A DNA stretch of 64,000 bases from Candidatus Lustribacter sp. (GCA_965277805.1 OZ255842.1:3360001-3424000); one strand, 5' to 3'; shown: positions 17,411-26,254, counted from the first letter of the stretch. Notes: generated from the sequence alone by a model not told the origin. Program-made: numbers and translations.

Positions 17411-19855
17411 TTGCAGCCTGCCGATGATCGGCCAGCGGTAGCGCGCGTTTCGGTAGCGCAACCAGCGGTACTCCTTATCGTCGCTGTTTGCGCGGTCATG
17501 TTCGGGCTTTCTGTTTTTGCCCTTGGCCGCGCAAGTCTATGGTTTGACGAGGGCGCGACGGTCGCTTATGCGCGCCTAGGTTGGGCGGCTCTCGCTCATG
17601 CTATGACCAAGAGCGACGTCTTTTTTGTCTTCTATTATGCACTGATTCATTTGTGGAGCGTTCCGTTCGGTGACAGCGAAACGGCCTTGCGAATGCTATC
17701 GGCGATGTGCGCTGCCACCGCTGTGGGAGCGATCGCTGCCGTCGCGTGGCGACTTGCCGGTCCGCGCGCGGCAGTAATAGCGGCGATCATGACGGTTGCA
17801 AATCCATTCGGGCTCAGTTTGGCGCGCGAAGCACGCCCGTATTCGATGCTGTTGCTCTTCAGCGCGCTCACGGCGCTGGCATTTCTCCGCGCTGAGCGGC
17901 GGCCGACGGCAGGGAACTGGATCGGATTCGCGCTTACTGCCACGATCGCGGCATACGTTCACCTCTTCGCATTGCTGGCCGTTTTGGCGTTCGTCATCTG
18001 GGCGGCACTCTTCCGGCGCGATCTGTTTCGAACGGGATTGTTACTCACTACCGTCGGGATTGGCATCGGGGTGCTGCCGATCCTCATCGTTGTCTCAACC
18101 TACAGCGCGCCGAACTCGTGGATCTCCGCGACCGGCTCTCCAAAGGCGATCGTCGGACTTCTCGTATCCTTTGCTGGCTCGCGCGTGCCTCTGGTATTGG
18201 CTGGGCTAGTGGTTGCCGCGGCCATATGGATCGCTCGCAACCGACCGTCAACGATAGCGGGATGGCGAGTCGCTTTCGTAGCGAGTTGGCTCGTCATTCC
18301 GATAGTCGTGGCGTACAGCGTTTCTTTCCTGAAGCCCATTTTCGTGGCTAACTATCTGGTCGAGGCACTGCCCGCGTTTATCATCGGTATCGCGATCGCG
18401 GCATCGCTGCTTCCGCGCGTCTTCGCCGTCGGAGTTGTGGTACTATGGGCTGTCCTCGCGGTTCCCGGTATTCGAGCATCGTATACGAATGTCGTCGAAG
18501 ATTGGCGCGGAGCGGCGCAATCGGTGCTGGGCAACCAATTGCCGTCTGACGAAGTCGCGGTCTTTCCCGCCCCCGGGATCGTCGTTTTCGACTACTATTC
18601 GCGTCGTCTGCGCCTGCAGCGTCCCACCGTCATCTTTCCGGCCGCGGAATCGGACGTCTTCCCGCTTGACACGCGGACGGACACGCGTCAAGGGTCGCTC
18701 CCTTCAGTGGCTCCGTCGGTGTGCAGATTGTGGGTTATACTTGATCCGCTTCGAGACGATCCGGAAAACGAGCCGATCTCGAAGCGATTTCTCGCCACGA
18801 TTCCGGCGCGCTTCAAACTCGCGCAACGGGAGCGCTTCGTTCGCATTAGCGTTCTGCGCTTTGATTTCGCCAGAGTCGGTCGCGGCCGGTTCGTGTCCGG
18901 CGCATCAGCAAAACCCTGCGACGCCCCCCCAGTCTTAGCACGCTCAGGCGCCGGAGACGAGGGCTTTGCGCCGGTCGAATACGTCGTGAACGATCGCGGG
19001 CGAGCTCGGGCACTTCCGCATCCTCAAGCCAGTGCACGAAGCCCACATGGAACACGCGGATTCGACGAGCATTGCGAGTCGTCGACGAAACGGATTTTGC
19101 TCGAGAACAAAAGCGCGAGCAAGAACGCCACGGCGAGCGATCGCGGTTTCGGCCACGGCGATGCCGTTGGCGGCCCAAGCGATCAAGAGCGGCACGAAGC
19201 CGACGAAGTAGCGATCCCAAAAATGGAAGACGGAGGCGAGGGCGATTGCGATAACGGCGCCGTACGCGACCAGAATGGCCTGGTTCCACACCCGCCGCCG
19301 CGACCACGATCCGGCGAAAAAACCAACCGCAGCGAGCACGCAGAAGACCACGCTCCCGCACAGCGGAGAAATGATGACGTGAGCGATCTCGCGGATGTGC
19401 CGGATGAGATTCTGCGCGCCGAAGCGGGCGACGGTGCCGAACGCCGGCTTTACCCGGTCCCGCGGCTCGAAGTAATACGCCTGGTCGAGCTCGGGGCCGA
19501 CTTGCTTCAAATTGCGGTCGATGCCGTCGGCCGCAACGGTGTAGCTCATGCCGCGGTCCATGCGCAACCCGATATCCAGGTTCAAGAGGCTCTTGCCCTC
19601 GATGCGGATGTGGCCGGCGTGGGAGGTCAAGAATGCGACGTACGGCGCGGACAGCACCAAAAAGGGGAGGACGAGCGCGAGCATGAGCACGGCACCGCGC
19701 TGCCGGCCCGCGCGCCGGGGCGCGAATCGAACGAGGACGACGCCGGCAGCCAATCCCCACAGCAAGACTCCTTCGGGCCGCGTCAGATAGGCGAGCGCGA
19801 ACGCGACGCTGCAGGCAACGGCTTCGGCCGTGCGCCCGCCGTTGACGATGCGTAA
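17411..19855 (+). CDS. GT-C (PMT/GT39-like) membrane glycosyltransferase; recognisable part ends near 18900 and the frame continues antisense to the next gene
   Basis: SLWFDEG, YYALIHLW...FGDSETALRMLS, AREARPYS and EDWRGAA. After about 18900 the translation is the reverse complement of the GT-C copy at 18944-20347. Confidence 0.75.
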   Translation: MQPADDRPAVARVSVAQPAVLLIVAVCAVMFGLSVFALGRASLWFDEGATVAYARLGWAALAHAMTKSDVFFVFYYALIHLWSVPFGDSETALRMLSAMCAATAVGAIAAVAWRLAGPRAAVIAAIMTVANPFGLSLAREARPYSMLLLFSALTALAFLRAERRPTAGNWIGFALTATIAAYVHLFALLAVLAFVIWAALFRRDLFRTGLLLTTVGIGIGVLPILIVVSTYSAPNSWISATGSPKAIVGLLVSFAGSRVPLVLAGLVVAAAIWIARNRPSTIAGWRVAFVASWLVIPIVVAYSVSFLKPIFVANYLVEALPAFIIGIAIAASLLPRVFAVGVVVLWAVLAVPGIRASYTNVVEDWRGAAQSVLGNQLPSDEVAVFPAPGIVVFDYYSRRLRLQRPTVIFPAAESDVFPLDTRTDTRQGSLPSVAPSVCRLWVILDPLRDDPENEPISKRFLATIPARFKLAQRERFVRISVLRFDFARVGRGRFVSGASAKPCDAPPVLARSGAGDEGFAPVEYVVNDRGRARALPHPQASARSPHGTRGFDEHCESSTKRILLENKSASKNATASDRGFGHGDAVGGPSDQERHEADEVAIPKMEDGGEGDCDNGAVRDQNGLVPHPPPRPRSGEKTNRSEHAEDHAPAQRRNDDVSDLADVPDEILRAEAGDGAERRLYPVPRLEVIRLVELGADLLQIAVDAVGRNGVAHAAVHAQPDIQVQEALALDADVAGVGGQECDVRRGQHQKGEDEREHEHGTALPARAPGRESNEDDAGSQSPQQDSFGPRQIGERERDAAGNGFGRAPAVDDA

Positions 19856-20347
19856 CAAGAAGTGCATGCCGGTTGCCGCCAGCGTGAGAAAGAGCATATC
19901 GGCAAGGACGACCGTCGAAAGCTGGACCGCAAACGGGAGAACGGCCGCGAGCAGCGCGGCGGCGTAGCCCGCTTTTCGTCCGTAACAGCTTGCCGTGATG
20001 CCGTACATGGGTAAGACGAACGCTGCGCCGCTGAGCAGCGACACGTCCAAGCCGGCCTGCGCGACGTCATGGGCCAACGGCAGCAGCGCTGCGATGGCGA
20101 GCGGGTACAACGGAGGAAAGACGAACATCGTCGTCCCGCGCAGACCGACGTATCCGTGCCCCGCGATGAGGTTGGCCGCGATTCTCGCGTACTCGGCGCC
20201 GTCCCACGTGATCTCGCTCGGTCCATGCCAGACGAGCCACGCCAGCCGGATCGCGACGGCAAAGAGCGCGATGCCGAGCAGCACCGCGAGCGTCGAGACC
20301 CCTCCTTCAGCCCGCGCGTGAGCGCGTTCGGCAGTTGCTGCGCGCAT
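18944..20347 (-). pseudogene. GT-C glycosyltransferase copy 2, frameshifted and truncated
   Basis: Closely similar to 11982-13634 up to AIARR. A deletion of roughly 44 nt near 19125-19136 shifts the frame, similarity stops near 19060, and the periplasmic domain is lost. Confidence 0.8.
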
Positions 20348-20847
20348 TCAAACGGCGTCGCGCGGTATTAACGCACGGGGCGGCGATGCACGCCCGGACT
20401 CGGCAAATCGCCCTTGATCGTCGATGCATACCGCGTGGCCGCCGCAACGGCCTCGCGCGAGCCCGTGGGACGCGCCATGTATTCACGGTGCACTGCGCAT
20501 CCGACGAAGTGCACGGAATCAAAGTCTTCCCCGACGCAGGCGCAACCGCATTCCCACAATGCGCCGACGCAGGTCGTGCCGACTCGGAGAACGGGCTCCG
20601 CCGGCGGGGCGAGCGGACACTCTTTGAGACGTAGCCGGAGCTCGAGCAGCGATGCATCCATTGCATAAAGGTATCGTGGGCGGTTCCCATGCGCATGGGT
20701 CAAGCTGCCCTAAACCGGTGGGCCGATCGGCGCGCCTACGCCGCCCGCTTCAGCGGCTCGATTTCGTACCTGGGATCGAGACGCGCTCGTATCGCGGCGA
20801 GCAGCGGCGCGAAGCCGGTCTTGAGCAGCGGCTGCTCCAGCCGGTAG
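19060..20847. repeat. Segmental duplication, copy B
   Basis: Collinear with 12295-14114. Confidence 0.9.
20368..20661 (-). CDS. Small Cys-rich hypothetical protein, copy 2
   Basis: MDASLLELRLRLKECPLAPPAEPVLRVGTTCVGALWECGCACVGEDFDSVHFVGCAVH; TACCTT hexamer 6 nt upstream of the ATG. Confidence 0.7.
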   Translation of the reverse strand: MDASLLELRLRLKECPLAPPAEPVLRVGTTCVGALWECGCACVGEDFDSVHFVGCAVHREYMARPTGSREAVAAATRYASTIKGDLPSPGVHRRPVR

Positions 20848-21869
20848 GTGATGAGGCTCGCGAACGCGATCGAAACGATCAGCGATAACACGTAGAGCCA
20901 CGGCCCGGCAACTCCGGCCGCGTGCAGCCAGACCGAGATTTCGAGGTGCCACAGGTAGAGGTTGTACGAAATCGCCGACAGGAAAACGATCGCTCTGGAT
21001 GCGACGAGGCCGCGCAGCGTCTGACTCGAGAACGACGTCGAGAGCGCGAGGACGATACAGAGCGGACCGATCAGCACGCGGTGATCGTTCAGCCAGCCGT
21101 GCGCCGCATCGGCGCTGACGGTTGCACCGACGCGGCTTGCCGCGCCCAGCGCCGCAAGGGCGATTGCGAACGTGGCGGCCGCCAGGGCACTCGACGTCGC
21201 GGTGATCGAGACGCCGCGCGCGCGCGACCACAGCAACGCGTATGCCGCGAACATGCCCGCACCGAAAACGTCGAGAAAGGCCGGTAGCTGGTTCATCCAA
21301 AGGAAGCTCGTTCCGAGTCCCAGCACGGCAATGACGACCCGGTACGTCTCCGAAAGCGCGACCAGGGCCAGGTAGCCGAACAACGGGGAGCGCCGGAAGA
21401 GCGGCGCGACGAACGGGAAGATCGCGTAGAACTGCACTTCGATGCCGATCGTCCACAACGGTCCGCTGATCGACCCGAACGTTGCGGTGCTCAGCGTGTG
21501 CAGGAACGTCAGATGCGCGAACACCTGCCTGGCGGCGTCCGCCGGCGACGAGAATTGACCGCGATAGACGAGGGCGAAAACCGCGACCGCAAGCACGTAT
21601 GACGGAACGATCTTGAGCGCCCGGCGCTCGAAAAATTTCCGCGTGCCCGGTTCGCTCCGGCCTTCGAACATCGCCCGCGCGTGCGGATAGAATAAACAAA
21701 AGCCGCTGATGAAAAAGAACAGGTCGACGCCGAGAAATCCGGCTTCGGCGATGAAGTTCAAGGGACCCAATGCTTGCCCGCTCACCAGCCATTCGTGATA
21801 GAGAACGACGAGAGTGATGGCGATGCCGCGCAAGCCGTCGAGAACATCGAGCCGCTCCGATCTCGACAT
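20736..21869 (-). CDS. Acyltransferase-3 family O-acyltransferase (OafA/YrhL-like)
   Basis: LDGLRGIAI..VVLYH, GVDLFFFISGF, RRALKI.P.Y, LWTIGIEVQFY and SYNLYLWH. Confidence 0.92.
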   Translation of the reverse strand: MSRSERLDVLDGLRGIAITLVVLYHEWLVSGQALGPLNFIAEAGFLGVDLFFFISGFCLFYPHARAMFEGRSEPGTRKFFERRALKIVPSYVLAVAVFALVYRGQFSSPADAARQVFAHLTFLHTLSTATFGSISGPLWTIGIEVQFYAIFPFVAPLFRRSPLFGYLALVALSETYRVVIAVLGLGTSFLWMNQLPAFLDVFGAGMFAAYALLWSRARGVSITATSSALAAATFAIALAALGAASRVGATVSADAAHGWLNDHRVLIGPLCIVLALSTSFSSQTLRGLVASRAIVFLSAISYNLYLWHLEISVWLHAAGVAGPWLYVLSLIVSIAFASLITYRLEQPLLKTGFAPLLAAIRARLDPRYEIEPLKRAA

Positions 21870-21905
21870 ATTCTCGCTAATGCCCCGGACCGGCCGGGTC
21901 TAAAA

Positions 21906-22736
21906 CTATTCCGGCTGCGTGATGCTCTCGATGGCGCTCAACCACACACCGGCGATCGCTGCATATCCGCCCGCTCCGCAGGGGTGAATGCCATCCGGAA
22001 AATGCGCGCTGTCGCGTGGCACGGCAGTCGCCATTGCGGACGCAAGCGTCACGTGCATTCCGCGATTTGCGTACGCCGTGACGATCGACTTGAGACTCGG
22101 CGCCGGCGCACCGCACGTCTTTGCTCCAGCGAACGCTTGAAGCACGCACGGCTCGACCTTCGGGCTGTCGACCACGGGCGCAACGATGACGTACACGTCC
22201 GGCTTGGCCGCGAAGATCTGGCCCAGCACCAGATCCATCGAAGCAACGATGTTCGTCAGCGTATAACCGGCGTCGTGTTGCTCCAGGCGAAGCATGTCGT
22301 TCGTGCCGGCCATGAGCAGGACCACATCCGGGTCGTCGGAGGCCATCGCTTTGCGCAACAGCGATCCGTACAACTGACCGGGACCGGGATCCGATGGGAA
22401 CGAGCGCAAGACGTACCCGGGCCATCCCTCGTGCCGTTTTTCTTCGATCGCATCCGAAAAGTCGGAGCGCGATCCCACGAACGTCGCATGGTACCCGCTT
22501 TGCTGGAGCAGCGATCCCAGCGGTCCGCGATAACCGCCTTCGCTGCCCGCCGTTCCGAATGCGCCCACACCGGCGGTGATGGAGTCGCCGAGCGCCATAA
22601 TTCTGAGCGGGATATGCTTTGAAACCAAGGTGCTTTGGGCGTCGGATCGAGGCGCTCGCGCAAACAGCAAAACCGCGGCCGCACAAAGAGCAGCCGCGAA
22701 TCTCGAAACGGTTGAAACACCGCGCCGGAAATTCAC
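21906..22736 (-). CDS. SGNH/GDSL hydrolase family protein, secreted
   Basis: IMALGDSIT, HEGWPG, AGTND and DGIHP blocks; N-terminal signal-like segment; exact start uncertain. Confidence 0.88.
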   Translation of the reverse strand: MNFRRGVSTVSRFAAALCAAAVLLFARAPRSDAQSTLVSKHIPLRIMALGDSITAGVGAFGTAGSEGGYRGPLGSLLQQSGYHATFVGSRSDFSDAIEEKRHEGWPGYVLRSFPSDPGPGQLYGSLLRKAMASDDPDVVLLMAGTNDMLRLEQHDAGYTLTNIVASMDLVLGQIFAAKPDVYVIVAPVVDSPKVEPCVLQAFAGAKTCGAPAPSLKSIVTAYANRGMHVTLASAMATAVPRDSAHFPDGIHPCGAGGYAAIAGVWLSAIESITQPE

Positions 22737-22809
22737 GCACGCGTGGTTTCATCCGACGGCCGGTGCGGCTCCTTTTGTACGAAACCGCTCTTACCAACGC
22801 TTTACGGTT

Positions 22810-22998
22810 TTATGCCGGCCGATCGACATACAACGCAAACTGTTTGCACGGCTGACCGTTGGCGGCCGGCTTCCGGCAGATGAGGGCCGTGAGCTGCGGC
22901 CTCGTGGTGCCCTGATCGTTCGCGACGTACGTTTCATGCTGCTCCGGACAGAGATAACAAAACGCTCTCGCCGGTGCGACGGTGGTTCGAGCTTTCAC
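22810..22998 (-). CDS. Small Cys-containing hypothetical protein (62 aa)
   Basis: GTG start; MKARTTVAPARAFCYLCPEQHETYV...LICRKPAANGQPCKQFALY; TACGCT hexamer 6 nt upstream of the start. Confidence 0.5.
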   Translation of the reverse strand: MKARTTVAPARAFCYLCPEQHETYVANDQGTTRPQLTALICRKPAANGQPCKQFALYVDRPA

Positions 22999-23144
22999 GC
23001 GCAGAGCGTAGCACCGCGGCCGGGTGCGGTCATGAAACCTTCGGGCAGAGAAAGTCGGCAATCGGCCCAACGCACGCGTGACGGTATGCACAAAACATAC
23101 AAAAAAGCGGGTGTTAATTCCGAGCGCGGGGTATGCTTTTCCGT

Positions 23145-23378
23145 ATGGGAACACAGGAGAGGACGCGCGAACGCCGCTCCGGCCCCGGAAGTTGCGGACA
23201 CGTAACATCCGAGGGCAAACGGTGCCGCGCTATCCCGCGCTGGCGGTGCGGTACGTGCAAGGGCGTGATGTGCGGCGTGCACGTGGTTCGTCATCGCGAT
23301 CGCGTGAGCTGTCCGGGCTGCCTCGAGCCCGCACGGCCATTTCGCAAACGCGGCGCCGACCGCCGGCATTCGGACTAG
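23145..23378 (+). CDS. Small zinc-finger-like protein
   Basis: C-x9-C-x7-CxxC-x4-CxxH-x9-CxxC pattern; TATGCT hexamer 7 nt upstream of the ATG. Confidence 0.6.
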   Translation: MGTQERTRERRSGPGSCGHVTSEGKRCRAIPRWRCGTCKGVMCGVHVVRHRDRVSCPGCLEPARPFRKRGADRRHSD

Positions 23379-23936
23379 TTAACTACCGACGCCGTATTCA
23401 CGGCCGACGTCGTGCATGGCAGTCGTCAAAATGACGTGAAAGTCCGCGTTCACGGCCGGCGTGAAGTGCTTGTCCATATCGCCCATGATGTCGTGATGGA
23501 TCTGATGCGACATGAGGACTTCCAGCATGTAACCCACGTCGTAGCGTCCGTTGGGGGTCATTCCGGCATGGTAGAGCGCGCTGGCCAGCGCTGAGCTCGC
23601 GGCCGGGTCCGGCTGCGCCGTCCTCGGCAGCGGAATCAGCATGTTATGAGCTTTCTTCAGCGCATCGTCGACGGCAAACGTAAAAACGTCGTAAAACGAC
23701 GCAACGCGAGCCGCCCCATATTGCCGAATCAGTTTGTCGTTTTCGGATGCGGCCTGCGAGCCCGCAAGGCGTTGCATGAGCCGATGGGAATCGAACCGGC
23801 CGGCGCCTCCACCCGCATCGACCACAGCCATGGTCAAATGCAGGTGCGGAAACCCGTGATAGACCGTCGCCCAGGACGCCGCGGGCATCGCGACGGCCAG
23901 CATGCCGGCCAAAGCCAGACGGTTGAAAAAGCGCAT
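23379..23936 (-). CDS. Secreted hypothetical protein, probably alpha-helical
   Basis: Signal peptide ending ASWA; GAGG upstream; His-rich C-terminal half. Confidence 0.7.
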   Translation of the reverse strand: MRFFNRLALAGMLAVAMPAASWATVYHGFPHLHLTMAVVDAGGGAGRFDSHRLMQRLAGSQAASENDKLIRQYGAARVASFYDVFTFAVDDALKKAHNMLIPLPRTAQPDPAASSALASALYHAGMTPNGRYDVGYMLEVLMSHQIHHDIMGDMDKHFTPAVNADFHVILTTAMHDVGREYGVGS

Positions 23937-23939
23937 TCC

Positions 23940-24542
23940 TCAAAACCCCTCATGATGCGTGAAGCCCAAATATGCCGCGTGACCGACGATCTGAACTTCA
24001 TCGATGTTGACGTAGCCGCGTTCGCGGTTTGCGGGATGGGTTACGACCACGCCGGCGCTGTGCACGCCCGGCTTCAAGCGCGGACTGGTGTAAAGCAAAA
24101 CGTGCGGGCGCCGCTGCGCTGAATAGAAGCTGATCTGCCGCGACGGCCGGCCCGGCACGACGATCGTGCCGATACCGCCGTTCGGGCCGGACACGCCGTA
24201 CAGGCGGAACCCTTCACCGTTGAAGATCATGGTCAAGGCGTCGCCGGGATGGTAGCTGCGCGCGCTCCGGCCCAGAAAGCGTCCGTCGAACCGGTCGTGG
24301 ACGAACTCCCAATGCCCCGAATAGGCTAGCCGATTGAAATCTTGCGCATTGGGCTGCGCTCCGCCGGCCGTGGCCTCACGGGGGGGCGGGGTGCCGGCCG
24401 GGGCCGTCGTCTGAGGCGCCGGACCGCACGACGCCCCCAAGAGCAGCACGAGAAGGCCCGCCGGGCCCCATCGTCCGCCCCCAGCGCCGCGCTCTTCTCC
24501 AGACGTCATCTGGCGGCCGTTCCCCCGAATCCGCCCGCACAA
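23940..24542 (-). CDS. Putative lipoprotein with beta-sandwich domain
   Basis: LLVLLLGASC lipobox-like motif; YSGHW, FNGEGFRLYG and VNIDEV; start uncertain. Confidence 0.6.
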   Translation of the reverse strand: MCGRIRGNGRQMTSGEERGAGGGRWGPAGLLVLLLGASCGPAPQTTAPAGTPPPREATAGGAQPNAQDFNRLAYSGHWEFVHDRFDGRFLGRSARSYHPGDALTMIFNGEGFRLYGVSGPNGGIGTIVVPGRPSRQISFYSAQRRPHVLLYTSPRLKPGVHSAGVVVTHPANRERGYVNIDEVQIVGHAAYLGFTHHEGF

Positions 24543-24577
24543 GCATAACCGGGACTAAAGACTACCCGGGCTCTGCC

Positions 24578-26254
24578 TTACGGCAGCGGTTCGACATGCA
24601 CGATCTGCGCGCCGTGATTGCTGCCCGTCCAGAATGTGACCGTGCTCGTCGAGTTGTCGACCCAAACGCGCCGGGTGTTGGTATCGGTCGGCAACTGCCA
24701 CTCCGCGAACTGACCGGTCGACGGATCGAGCCGGGTGATGCGGTCGGTCACCATTGAGCCCGTCCACACGTCGCCGTTCTTGTCCGCCACCACATCGTAG
24801 GGCGAGTCGAACGGGGTCGGCAGCTCGAACTCTTTGATCGTGCCGTCATCGGCCTTCGTGTCGTACATCCCGATGCGGTTGGCGCCGTATTCCGCGAACC
24901 AGAACAGGCCGGTCTTGTCATCGACGCGGCCGCGGCGCGGATGCGAAAGCGGGGTGGGCGTCTGGATGATCTTGAACGCGTTGGCGGCCGGCGTGAAGTG
25001 CGCGATCGCAGCACCGCCGAAGTCCATCAGCCAGAGCGTATTCGCGCTATCGGAGACCATGCCGTAGGCGTTGAACGTATGCGTGGTCGAGCCCGGATAA
25101 TAGTACGGCCCGAGCGATTGGAACGTGCCGGTCTTGACGTCGAGGCCGCGGAACGAGTGGTCATCCTGATTGTTCGTCCACACTTTGCCGTCGACGCTGC
25201 TGTGCACCGGCATCACCATCGACTCTTGCGTGAAGTCGGGATGGGTCGCGGCCGGCACCGGGTAGGTAGTGAACGTTTTCGTCTTGCGGTCGAAGCGATC
25301 GATCTGACCCTGGAACATATTGGCGAGCCAGAGATTGCCGTCGGGATCCTGGTCGAGTTCGAGTTCGCCGGTGATGTAGCCCGGCTTGTTCGCCGGCACC
25401 GCGTATTGCGTCACCTTACCGGTTTTCGGATCGAGCATGCCGAGGTTTTGCTGACCGAAGTCCGAGTACCAGAGCATGCCGTCGGGCGTTTGGATCACGT
25501 CGTGCGGTTGAACGATTTTGCTTGGCAGATCGTACGACGTGATGATGACGTGGGTCGCGGCTCCCTTGAGCCGCGGCAGCGTTTTCAGCGCCCACTTGCG
25601 CGGACCGGAACTCTGATTGATCGTCGCGAGATAGTCGGCCACTTCATCGGGGAAGGGCGGCCGCGGACGGTTCGTCTTGAACGCCTGCGGCCGCAGCCAG
25701 AAACTGTTGTTGGCGTAATTGACCATCCGCGGCAGCACGATGTTCTTGAATTCGGCCGCGGTGTGATACGAATCGACGACGCGCTGAATCGTGTGGCAGT
25801 CGACGCATCCGAGCAGACCGTTCTTCTGTTCCGTCGTGCCGGGCATGCTGATGAGCCAATCGCCGTTGGACATCTGATCTTCGAGGTCGCGGGCCTTCGC
25901 GAGTGCGAGATCGCGATGCGCCGGCGCACCCGGCGCGACCGAGATGGTTGCGACTTTCGGAAGTACGTAACCGGCGGCGCGAATCGTCAGCCCGTATGCG
26001 CCGGGCGCGAGACGCGAAGCCGGAAAGCGATAGACGCCGTGTTCGTCGGTGATGACGGTAACGGCGATCGTTGAGCCCGGTGACCGGGCGGTGACGTCGA
26101 CGCCCTCCATCGGTCCCTCGGCGCTCGAACTCACCACGCCGCTGAGCGCCACCGCGAGCGGCTGTTGGGCTCGCAGCGAACCCGCGAGTTCGATCGTGAA
26201 TCCGGCCGTTAAAACAAGCGCGAGTAGTCCGAGAGTGCGAAAGCGCATCGTCAA
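24578..26254 (-). CDS. Secreted protein: carboxypeptidase-regulatory-like domain, CxxCH motif and Vgb-like beta-propeller
   Basis: Signal peptide; LSGVVSS..EGPMEGV.V; GCVDCH; repeated PHDV...DG.LWY and PYDVVADKNGDVW blades. Confidence 0.85.
   Translation of the reverse strand: MTMRFRTLGLLALVLTAGFTIELAGSLRAQQPLAVALSGVVSSSAEGPMEGVDVTARSPGSTIAVTVITDEHGVYRFPASRLAPGAYGLTIRAAGYVLPKVATISVAPGAPAHRDLALAKARDLEDQMSNGDWLISMPGTTEQKNGLLGCVDCHTIQRVVDSYHTAAEFKNIVLPRMVNYANNSFWLRPQAFKTNRPRPPFPDEVADYLATINQSSGPRKWALKTLPRLKGAATHVIITSYDLPSKIVQPHDVIQTPDGMLWYSDFGQQNLGMLDPKTGKVTQYAVPANKPGYITGELELDQDPDGNLWLANMFQGQIDRFDRKTKTFTTYPVPAATHPDFTQESMVMPVHSSVDGKVWTNNQDDHSFRGLDVKTGTFQSLGPYYYPGSTTHTFNAYGMVSDSANTLWLMDFGGAAIAHFTPAANAFKIIQTPTPLSHPRRGRVDDKTGLFWFAEYGANRIGMYDTKADDGTIKEFELPTPFDSPYDVVADKNGDVWTGSMVTDRITRLDPSTGQFAEWQLPTDTNTRRVWVDNSTSTVTFWTGSNHGAQIVHVEPLP

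Noticed and set aside
12295-20847. Long direct repeats as IS or transposon ends
   Set aside because: The repeats contain glycosyltransferase genes, with no transposase, terminal inverted repeats or target-site duplication visible.
24578-26254. Virginiamycin B lyase resistance gene
   Set aside because: The signal peptide, extra N-terminal domains and CxxCH do not fit true Vgb; only the propeller fold is shared.
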